Virus record (IMG/VR): IMGVR_UViG_3300032320_000131 | Location: 1-27,934 of that record | Source: a virus | Lineage: Duplodnaviria; Caudoviricetes | Direction: 5' to 3' (one strand) | DNA length: 27,934 nucleotides | Shown: positions 19,354 to 25,770 of the stretch, one piece after another | Layout of the letters: each line of letters starts with the position of its first letter | How positions within the stretch are numbered: position 1 is the stretch's first letter | The notes under the pieces: generated by a model | Database searches by the model: none | Seen by the model: the letters and a program-made list of their open reading frames with translations, nothing else | What the model was told of the DNA's origin: nothing | Made by a program: the position numbers and the translations under genes

Positions 19354-20615
19354 ACGACCCACCTTGTATTTATATTTAACGGACGATTCCAGTCTGAACC
19401 ATCTTCGCGCAATCCAATTGCTAAGTACCTAAATGCGTCTGCTGCGTGACTAGACCAATCATGCAATGGCTTATCATAAAATACCGCACGTTTATCGTCA
19501 TATTCTCGCCGATAGTTTCGTAGTGCGTCTAGTCCCAGTTTTGTCTTATCAATTTCAAACCAGCAGCGTGGCAATAACTGGCGTACCGCTTGAATACCAT
19601 CAGCAATAGATAATCTCGGTGCAACAGTAACATCGAGTCCTGCTTCCATCAGCACTTCTTTGCGACTCTTACCAGTGCCAAGTTCGCGTACCTCTACGTC
19701 ATGCGGCAGGATCTGCGATGCCTTGTGGTAGTTATTGTCTTGCAGCCACTCAAAGTAATGCTCAAGCCCGACTCCGTGGTTCTCGTGGTAATCAATTAGC
19801 CTGACCTCTTTAGACGCGATTTGAGCCACCCAAATTGCTGTGCTGTCACCCATACCTAAGTCCCATGCACAGAACGTCTTGGCGAGGCTCTCATGAGTTA
19901 TACGGCATATTCTCTGCTGCTCTTCTAGGTCGTTTATCAGCGCACCGTAGTAAGAACCTTCTACTGCTGCGTGGAATGAGCACTCGAATTCTTGGGCGTA
20001 CTTGTCAGCACCCATTTCTTTCTTCGCGGATTCCAGTTCGGAGCTATCAAGTATCCCAGTCTCACTAGCCTTGAACTCCAGAAGCGACCAATCGTCCGAC
20101 GATGCCGCACGATCTCTAAAATCCGCAAAATGATTGCGACCTTTCGGCGTTCCAAGAAAGAGTGCGAACCCTTTTCGGTCAGCGAGAGCGGGACGAATGA
20201 TCTCATTCCAAATCTTTGGGTCTTGGTCAGCAATCTCATCAATCACCACTCCGTCGAAGTATTGACCACGCAGGCTGTCAGGATTATCTGAGCCATACAG
20301 TTGGATGCGACGCCCATAGAACTCAGACTTGAGTTCAGAGACATTGAGTTTTGCGTCTAGCGGGCGAGTGAAGCGTTCGAGGTAATCCCAGGCGATACGC
20401 TTTGCCTGACCATAGGTTGGCGCAATGTATGCGTACCTCGGGGCTTCCTGACCGTTCTTAAGCGAACTATGAATTAGCTGGTTGATTGCTGCGACAGTCT
20501 TACCCATCCGACGATGAGCGACTACCACCGTGAACCTGTTTGCAGCGACAGCCTTGTGAATTGCACGTTGTGGATCGCGTGGTCTGTAGCCAGTATCAAT
20601 AACTCGCTCAGTCAT
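19350..20615 (-). CDS. terL: Terminase large subunit, 421 aa
   Basis: Walker A HRRMGKT, Walker B VVIDE, GTPKG coupling motif; RNase H-like WDLG..D and HDWSSHAADAFRY. Start placed at ATG 20615. Confidence 0.95.
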   Translation of the reverse strand: MTERVIDTGYRPRDPQRAIHKAVAANRFTVVVAHRRMGKTVAAINQLIHSSLKNGQEAPRYAYIAPTYGQAKRIAWDYLERFTRPLDAKLNVSELKSEFYGRRIQLYGSDNPDSLRGQYFDGVVIDEIADQDPKIWNEIIRPALADRKGFALFLGTPKGRNHFADFRDRAASSDDWSLLEFKASETGILDSSELESAKKEMGADKYAQEFECSFHAAVEGSYYGALINDLEEQQRICRITHESLAKTFCAWDLGMGDSTAIWVAQIASKEVRLIDYHENHGVGLEHYFEWLQDNNYHKASQILPHDVEVRELGTGKSRKEVLMEAGLDVTVAPRLSIADGIQAVRQLLPRCWFEIDKTKLGLDALRNYRREYDDKRAVFYDKPLHDWSSHAADAFRYLAIGLREDGSDWNRPLNINTRWVV

Positions 20616-20922
20616 CGACCCCACTCACAACCTTGATAGACAGAGGGCCACCACCATCACCAGTGACCTCAGTGCGAGCCAGCTTCGGAATGTGGTACTC
20701 GATAGCACGTAGATAGATGTCGCAGGCTTTCTCAGGAGACTTGTCCGCTACCTGGCTAATCCACTCAACAAAGTTACCTGCGTTGTCTTCAGCCATGCGA
20801 GCAATTGCTTCTCTGACAGCAGCAGTAGACTTGTTGACAGAACCAGCAGGCCGTCCCATTCCAGCACGAGGCGGCTTCTTATCTGTCACTACTTTACTGT
20901 GTTGAGAATCATTCTCATTCAT
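20608..20922 (-). CDS. terS: Probable terminase small subunit, 104 aa
   Basis: GRPAGSVNK N-terminal motif and EVTGDGGGPL C-terminus; overlaps the terL start. Confidence 0.7.
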   Translation of the reverse strand: MNENDSQHSKVVTDKKPPRAGMGRPAGSVNKSTAAVREAIARMAEDNAGNFVEWISQVADKSPEKACDIYLRAIEYHIPKLARTEVTGDGGGPLSIKVVSGVDD

Positions 20923-20934
20923 GATACCGAGTCC

Positions 20935-21102
20935 TTACTGGTTTGCTTCCGGTTCTAGGATTGCTACTTCTAGACCGCCATCATCATCAACGAACACACC
21001 TAGAACTTTGTCGTTGTCGAGTTCGATATACAGTGCATCATCGTCGGTTTCGATACCTTCGATGGTGCGGCCGATCAGCATTTCAAGGATTTCTTCAAGC
21101 AT
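20935..21102 (-). CDS. Small acidic hypothetical protein, 55 aa
   Basis: Not in ORF track. GGAG RBS; MLEEILEMLIGRTIEGIETDDDALYIELDNDKVLGVFVDDDGGLEVAILEPEANQ; fills the gap between neighbouring genes. Confidence 0.75.
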   Translation of the reverse strand: MLEEILEMLIGRTIEGIETDDDALYIELDNDKVLGVFVDDDGGLEVAILEPEANQ

Positions 21103-21113
21103 ATCGTACTCCG

Positions 21114-21632
21114 TTATTTAGTGAAGCCGTAAAAGTATAGGTCTGCTGGATTACAGTTTGTACTGAACTCATAGTCAGTGAACATATTATCTAGGTTGAA
21201 GAGTTCTCTGAAGTCATGCTCTATTAAGTTTCTATAGTAATCGTTTGTGAATGGTGCGTCGGCTGGACTAGTCGCTGTCGTTCCATGTTCTGGTCTGCCT
21301 TCTGTAGCACAAGTCATTATTACCATTCCATCTGTCATTCGTACCATGTTCTCGAATGTCTCTGCCCAATACTTATTGTGTTCAAAGCATTCGCAGCTAA
21401 TAGATGTTCTGAAGTGTTTGTCTGGGAATGTGAGCAGATGTCCTGATTCAACTAGGTCTACATTCTTTCCAGAACCTAGGTCTACGCCTAGATAGTCGCA
21501 TCCACTGAAGAATCGTCTTATGCTGCCATTGATGTCTAGCGATCCAATCTCTAGTACCTTGCAGTTGTTGAAGTAACTCGGGTACATCGACTGAACACGA
21601 TGCACAAAGTTAATCTGGCTTTCGTGGCTCAT
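21114..21632 (-). CDS. Class I SAM-dependent methyltransferase, 172 aa
   Basis: Motif I KVLEIGS, YLGVD and ISCECFEH; no DPPY/NPPY or PCQ DNA-methyltransferase motif seen. Confidence 0.85.
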   Translation of the reverse strand: MSHESQINFVHRVQSMYPSYFNNCKVLEIGSLDINGSIRRFFSGCDYLGVDLGSGKNVDLVESGHLLTFPDKHFRTSISCECFEHNKYWAETFENMVRMTDGMVIMTCATEGRPEHGTTATSPADAPFTNDYYRNLIEHDFRELFNLDNMFTDYEFSTNCNPADLYFYGFTK

Positions 21633-21931
21633 TTCTTCTTGTTTCGTGCGCTGATTGCTGATGCCTTCTTCTTTGCGTCACCCTTACTAGATGCTCCCCA
21701 TGCTTGGAGAGATAGCAGCAGTCGAGTAGGACTACCATCCGGCTTACGCTCCGGTCCTGGCATATTACCCATACGAGCCAAAAAACTTGCGCGGCGAGGA
21801 TTGTCGCCAGTCTTTACCGGGGACTTTAGGTCTGAACCCGGATTAGCAGCTTCGTAAGACTTGCGACCTTTTTCGTTTAGGCCGCCAGTCTTTGCTTTGC
21901 CTTCTTTGCGTGTCCATGCGGGAGATTTCAT
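21629..21931 (-). CDS. Basic phage protein (DUF6321-like), 100 aa
   Basis: PAWTRKEGK..GGLN.KGR..RRASFLARM..SLQAW pattern; ATGA overlaps on both sides. Confidence 0.75.
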   Translation of the reverse strand: MKSPAWTRKEGKAKTGGLNEKGRKSYEAANPGSDLKSPVKTGDNPRRASFLARMGNMPGPERKPDGSPTRLLLSLQAWGASSKGDAKKKASAISARNKKK

Positions 21932-22545
21932 TTTGACCCCGGATAATAACCAAACTCAAGCAATGAATCAGGCCACGTTGTTATATCCCTTGCGCGAACC
22001 TTCTTCTCAAGAATTACAGGGCCATAATCACTAGCTACATTTCTGTCTAAAGTAACCCAATCACCAGTATTTATTTGCTTACCAGTTCCTTTAGGGACAC
22101 CGCGATAAATTGTAACTTCTGCCTCAGGATTACCACGAATCATTCGCATGATATTTAAAATGCTTTTTTCTCTAGGATCGCCAGAACCAAAGTATTGCAA
22201 AGCATTCTTGCTAAAAATATCTTCACCAAAACTTTTTTGCGGCTCAAATAACATAGATGCACCGCCCTCTAACGACATTGGCCTATGCGTCATTGCATAA
22301 TCAAGAATGTCAGCTTTCTTAATAGCACCCATCATCGGAGCAGCAGCAAGGCCAGCAGCCTTACCAATAGGCCCACCAAAGTCTAGCAATCCAGAGATAG
22401 CAGCCTGTCCATAGTTGCCAGACATTGCTTGTCGTGTTGCACCGAGACCAGGAACGAACGGTTCTGCAAGATCGGCAAATAGAGTGCGGATTTCAGCCGG
22501 ACTCAGCCGTTTCTTCGCCCTCTCAAGTTTGCTAATCCTGTCCAT
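21928..22545 (-). CDS. Putative effector: pre-toxin-like hydrophobic N-terminus plus ADP-ribosyltransferase-like C-terminal domain, ~205 aa
   Basis: VTIYRG..GDWVTLDRNVASDYG..LLEFGY resembles the R-S/T-E ART core. Start uncertain (22545 or 22551). Confidence 0.55.
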   Translation of the reverse strand: MDRISKLERAKKRLSPAEIRTLFADLAEPFVPGLGATRQAMSGNYGQAAISGLLDFGGPIGKAAGLAAAPMMGAIKKADILDYAMTHRPMSLEGGASMLFEPQKSFGEDIFSKNALQYFGSGDPREKSILNIMRMIRGNPEAEVTIYRGVPKGTGKQINTGDWVTLDRNVASDYGPVILEKKVRARDITTWPDSLLEFGYYPGSK

Positions 22546-22978
22546 CTTCATATTCCATCTTGGCAAACTTCAGCATAGCCTTCTGTTTGCTGGTCATAGA
22601 ATCAGTAATCGGGCCACCAACCAACCACGCAGAGCAAGTGCGATCAGCAGCACACTTGAACTCAAACAGTTCGCAGTAACCTAGGTCTGCACTATCAACT
22701 ACTTCGGAAGCATACGTCTCATCGTCCGACTCTTCCTGCTGGATGCCACCGACGATGCACTCCATCATTTCGGGCGTCTGGATGAATGCAGAGCAGTTCC
22801 CGCAACGCATAGTCTTGGCATTGTCTTCAGAAGTATTCCACTCCTTGCCACGCGCACTCCAGAAGTCAGCATTCTCAAGTTCTGGATTAGCAGGGCCATA
22901 TCCATACTCAGCAAATGCTTTGTCTCGATTCTTGAGATTTACACTGATATCGTGAGTAGCAATAGGACAATTTTTCAT
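22532..22978 (-). CDS. Cys-rich acidic protein, possible metal or Fe-S binding, 148 aa
   Basis: Start at ATG 22978 (ATGA overlap); RCGNCSAF..GYCELFEFKCAADRTCSAW. Confidence 0.75.
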   Translation of the reverse strand: MKNCPIATHDISVNLKNRDKAFAEYGYGPANPELENADFWSARGKEWNTSEDNAKTMRCGNCSAFIQTPEMMECIVGGIQQEESDDETYASEVVDSADLGYCELFEFKCAADRTCSAWLVGGPITDSMTSKQKAMLKFAKMEYEDGQD

Positions 22979-23133
22979 AGTTTTTCTACCTGCACCCAGT
23001 GGCAACGATAGTCGCCTTCTTTTTGAGTCTGATACCACATTTGTAGACTCTGGCAATCCTCTAGCGTTTCAACAGTATCTAGTAAAACTAGATGTCCATT
23101 TGTCAGCAGGAAGAGGTTGAACCAGATAATCAC
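22975..23133 (-). CDS. Small hypothetical protein, 52 aa
   Basis: Not in ORF track. GTGA overlap at start, ATGA overlap at end; MIIWFNLFLLTNGHLVLLDTVETLEDCQSLQMWYQTQKEGDYRCHWVQVEKL. Confidence 0.65.
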   Translation of the reverse strand: MIIWFNLFLLTNGHLVLLDTVETLEDCQSLQMWYQTQKEGDYRCHWVQVEKL

Positions 23134-23276
23134 TTTTTCTTGGCGGTCTTAGCTGAAGCCTTGAAAGCAGCAGCAGTAGGTGCGCCCTTGGTTCCAGGCT
23201 TACGCATCTTCTCGCCTGATCCTTCAGCGATACGCTTGCGTTTAGCGTTAATGTTTGCGTATAGACCGTTCTTCAT
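23130..23276 (-). CDS. Small Lys-rich phage protein, 48 aa
   Basis: Not in ORF track. MKNGLYANINAKRKRIAEGSGEKMRKPGTKGAPTAAAFKASAKTAKKK; start/stop overlaps on both sides. Confidence 0.8.
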   Translation of the reverse strand: MKNGLYANINAKRKRIAEGSGEKMRKPGTKGAPTAAAFKASAKTAKKK

Positions 23277-23428
23277 TTCTTCTTGGCCCTCTTTGCTTCG
23301 CTCATTGCAATAGCTACGGCTTGTTTGCGAGACTTAACAACAGGGCCACCCTTACCGGAGTGCAAAGTGCCTTCTTTGTATTCGCCCATCACCTTACCCA
23401 TCTTCTTTTGAGCAGCAGTCTTCTTCAT
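23273..23428 (-). CDS. Small Lys-rich phage protein (DUF6496-like), 51 aa; first gene of the late operon
   Basis: Not in ORF track. CAGGAG RBS; MKKTAAQKKMGKVMGEYKEGTLHSGKGGPVVKSRKQAVAIAMSEAKRAKKK. Confidence 0.82.
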   Translation of the reverse strand: MKKTAAQKKMGKVMGEYKEGTLHSGKGGPVVKSRKQAVAIAMSEAKRAKKK

Positions 23429-23454
23429 ATCGGTCTCCTGTTAAAACCAGTTCT

Positions 23455-23483
23455 ATAGTAATACCTGCGTATTTAACAGACAA
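23455..23483 (-). promoter_or_regulatory. Sigma70-like promoter for the late operon
   Basis: TTGTCT (23483-23478)-N17-TACTAT (23460-23455); T-rich upstream sequence; 26 nt before the first late ATG. Confidence 0.6.
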
Positions 23484-23550
23484 TAGAAAACCCTTAAAAA
23501 CAAAACCTAGTATTACCTTCGATTATTAAGTTTAGGTAATATCTCTGTTT

Positions 23551-23735
23551 GGTGGACACACCTAGACCATCCTAGATGTGCCTTCAGAGTAATCTCCGCT
23601 CGGAGCCACCCACCCGTCAGCCTTCTCGTCCTAGTGGTGCTAACTTCGACGCCACTTGCTGTATCTCAGGACTATCCCACAGTTCAGCTTATCCCCTAGC
23701 CCCTACCGTTACCCGACAGGCTAGGCGGTCTGCCC
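23551..23735 (-). ncRNA. Putative ~185-nt structured non-coding RNA of unknown class
   Basis: At least six helices whose G-U pairs work on the minus strand, a candidate pseudoknot GTTAGC/GCTGAC, and no credible ORF. Confidence 0.55.
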
Positions 23736-23737
23736 AA

Positions 23738-23868
23738 AGAAAAACCCCGCTTAGATAGAGGCTCGGCCTTGGCGAGGCAGTCTCCAACACTCCCGTAATA
23801 GTGTCTTTGACCACACAAGCCCCTATCTAAACAGGGTTCTACGGGAATGTCTGACTGCCAGATCAGAC
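23738..23868 (-). ncRNA. C4/CI-like antisense RNA with upstream a1/b1-like target sites
   Basis: 23-bp closing stem (23838-23816 with 23765-23743; 4 G-U) followed by a U-tract. Two inner hairpins carry TACGGGA and GACTGCC, exact complements of upstream TCCCGTA (23846-23840) and GGCAGTC (23859-23853). Confidence 0.75.
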
Positions 23869-23874
23869 GACTAT

Positions 23875-23904
23875 AAGGTAATGCTTATGCTCCATGCGTG
23901 TCAA
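23875..23904 (-). promoter_or_regulatory. Sigma70-like promoter for the non-coding RNA cassette
   Basis: TTGACA (23904-23899)-N18-TACCTT (23880-23875); predicted start falls at the first leader hairpin GTCTGA..TCAGAC. Confidence 0.6.
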
Positions 23905-23920
23905 GTATAAGAAAGTCTGA

Positions 23921-23949
23921 TAGCACACAGCAAAAATTTGTGGGACTAT
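23921..23949 (+). promoter_or_regulatory. Possible promoter for the isolated plus-strand gene
   Basis: TAGCAC-N17-GACTAT with a TGn extension; followed by a leader hairpin and RBS. Confidence 0.35.
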
Positions 23950-23999
23950 GACTCATCGACGCAGCACACGCAGCGTCCTAAACAAGACAGGAGAACGAA

Positions 24000-24179
24000 A
24001 TGCTTCAGACCAATATCCGTAACTTCTACCCGACCCTTGCTGCTGCCGCCAAGGTTGCAGAGGCTAATATGATTTCCGATCCTGACTGGTCTTATGTCTG
24101 CGAATCTTATGACGATGGTGTTACTTGGTCTGTAGCAATTTATGACGAAGACAGCATAAAAGTTGGCTACATCGGCTAA
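24000..24179 (+). CDS. Small acidic hypothetical protein, 59 aa, monocistronic
   Basis: Not in ORF track. CAGGAG RBS; MLQTNIRNFYPTLAAAAKVAEANMISDPDWSYVCESYDDGVTWSVAIYDEDSIKVGYIG; followed by its own terminator. Confidence 0.8.
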   Translation: MLQTNIRNFYPTLAAAAKVAEANMISDPDWSYVCESYDDGVTWSVAIYDEDSIKVGYIG

Positions 24180-24514
24180 TCAACAGGGGCTTCGGCCCCT
24201 TTTTTATTTGCCCTGCGAACATACTCATCCATCTCCGCTTGCAGGATGTCCAGACCAATCTGGATGCCATCTCGGAATTGCTGAGTCGTAATCTCCAGCC
24301 CGTAGTCTGCCGCCACTGGTAGCTGCTTGGGTTGCTTGATCCAGCAGTCAAGAATTGCCTCGCAGATAACGTGCATGGTGCGCTTAGGATGCGTTTTCCG
24401 AGCCATGTAGACCGTCTGTAGGTTCGCCATCAGTTCCTTGCGCCTATGCGCCTCAGAACGCACCCAATACCCCAGACACCCCATACCTTTACGACGCGTA
24501 TCACTCAACACCAC
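24176..24514 (-). CDS. Hypothetical protein; start uncertain, possibly ATG 24430
   Basis: Last ORF of the minus-strand recombination block; AAGGA precedes ATG 24430. Confidence 0.55.
   Translation of the reverse strand: MVLSDTRRKGMGCLGYWVRSEAHRRKELMANLQTVYMARKTHPKRTMHVICEAILDCWIKQPKQLPVAADYGLEITTQQFRDGIQIGLDILQAEMDEYVRRANKKGAEAPVD
24185..24209 (+). terminator. Rho-independent terminator
   Basis: AGGGGC-TTCG-GCCCCT-TTTTTATTT (cUUCGg tetraloop), 5 nt after the stop of the 59-aa gene. Confidence 0.88.
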
Positions 24515-24899
24515 AAGTTTCCCTTGCTACAGTTGCCCAAGACTCAAGACTGCATTCGACAGTGTAGTCAAAGTCGTGCCACCAGTCTGCATCCTGCGTG
24601 TGTAGATGTACACACAATGGATATACAGCTCGCCATTCTCCGCGCTGGCGCTTGTAGACCAACAGCGGGATTAGCCCCTTCGACTGGCGACAAGTCTGCG
24701 ACCACCAATCCTTGATGTCTCCGAGCGTAGCCTTGGAATGATCCTTAACCTCGACTGCCCATCCTGGCACACCAATCAAGTCTGTGTCCCCGTGGTCGTT
24801 CCTGACGCGTCTGTGAGCGTTCCAACCAGTCAGTTCAAAGATGATGTTGGCGACGGCACGTTCACCACGCTTGCCCTTGTCTCGACTGAACTTACTCAC
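24501..24899 (-). CDS. PD-(D/E)xK nuclease, Holliday junction resolvase-like, 132 aa
   Basis: SRDKGKRGER N-terminus and TDLI..AVEVK catalytic motif. Confidence 0.8.
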   Translation of the reverse strand: MSKFSRDKGKRGERAVANIIFELTGWNAHRRVRNDHGDTDLIGVPGWAVEVKDHSKATLGDIKDWWSQTCRQSKGLIPLLVYKRQRGEWRAVYPLCVHLHTQDADWWHDFDYTVECSLESWATVARETCGVE

Positions 24900-25098
24900 T
24901 TTCCATCTCCAGCAGCAAGTCGATGTAGTGCTTGGCTTTTAGCAAGTCTTGCTTGCCACCCTTTTCCCGCCATCGCACCAGATACTTGATAGCGTTGCCC
25001 TCACAGAATCCAATCCCATTCTTATGGATGAACTCGATAGGCTCGATTGAGAAGTTCTTGTAGTGCGTGCCGCCAATCTGTGTGTCTAGCGCAGACAT
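24892..25098 (-). CDS. DUF3310 (SaV/T7 gp1.7-like) protein, 68 aa
   Basis: QIGGTHY..IEPIEFI..FCEGNAIKYLVRW..KGGKQDLLKAKHY. Confidence 0.85.
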   Translation of the reverse strand: MSALDTQIGGTHYKNFSIEPIEFIHKNGIGFCEGNAIKYLVRWREKGGKQDLLKAKHYIDLLLEMESE

Positions 25099-25364
25099 TC
25101 TTTTACCTTTTCCAAGAGTTCAAGTTCTTCAATCCCATAGTATTTCTCAAAAGCCTTGCGACCCATGCCGTGCAAGCCTGAGTTGCCTCGATGGTGCTCT
25201 GGACATAGTGGGATCACATCCATATTGCTTGCTCTGCGTCCAGCACCAGTGCCAGTTCTAGGATGATGCAGTTCTGCCGGAGTCTCACCAAGGTTCAAAT
25301 GTTTGCAGAGTATGCAACCAATCTCTGCCACCTTACCCATGTATTGCTTCTCAGCCTTCGTCAC
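25086..25364 (-). CDS. Ref-like (recombination enhancement) HNH nuclease, 92 aa
   Basis: GCILC..ELHH..G.G.R...VIPLCPEHHR..GLH zinc/HNH pattern; GTG start with GGAG RBS. Confidence 0.8.
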   Translation of the reverse strand: MTKAEKQYMGKVAEIGCILCKHLNLGETPAELHHPRTGTGAGRRASNMDVIPLCPEHHRGNSGLHGMGRKAFEKYYGIEELELLEKVKECLR

Positions 25365-25770
25365 TAAATATCACTCCCTTTTCTACAGCCCATGCCTCAA
25401 CACACAGCATATAGTCTCCAAACTCCGAGACCGATAAGTCTGTGCTGGACATACCTAGATTAATAATTTCTCCGTCAGGCATACGCAGTTCGCGCACACC
25501 AATAAATCGACGCTTAAAGTATTCATGCCAAGTGTCAGAGTCGAATCCTAACTGGTCACTTATATCGTGTACGATTGCCCAGTATCTGCGGTTTTGTAGG
25601 TTCCTGCGCTTTTCTTTCTCGGTCTGCAATGTCAGCAGCATAGGCTGACCAGTCAAAGCCCGATTCATAGCCGAGAAAGCCTGTTTCAGCCCCTCCGTCG
25701 AGTTCACTCGAAACTTTAGTGCCTCGCTCGATTCCGTTCTCACTCGCATACTTAACTTTGCAATCTCCAA
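25351..25770 (-). CDS. ninB: NinB-family recombination protein; start uncertain
   Basis: RRNLQNRRYWA..WHEYFKRRF..SSTDLSVSEFGDYM..VEAWAVEKGV. Confidence 0.78.
   Translation of the reverse strand: MEIAKLSMRVRTESSEALKFRVNSTEGLKQAFSAMNRALTGQPMLLTLQTEKEKRRNLQNRRYWAIVHDISDQLGFDSDTWHEYFKRRFIGVRELRMPDGEIINLGMSSTDLSVSEFGDYMLCVEAWAVEKGVIFSDEG

Noticed and set aside
236-22955. Many short plus-strand and alternate-frame ORFs in the track (e.g. 4460-4924, 10160-10729, 15324-15767)
   Set aside because: They are shadows of well-supported minus-strand genes, with no RBS or recognisable protein features.
23666-23785. GATAGTCC and GAGACTG resembling group I intron P7 elements; the cloverleaf as a tRNA
   Set aside because: No interrupted gene or consistent P3-P8 core. 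The cloverleaf has a 23-bp stem and no T-loop or CCA, and fits a C4-like RNA better.
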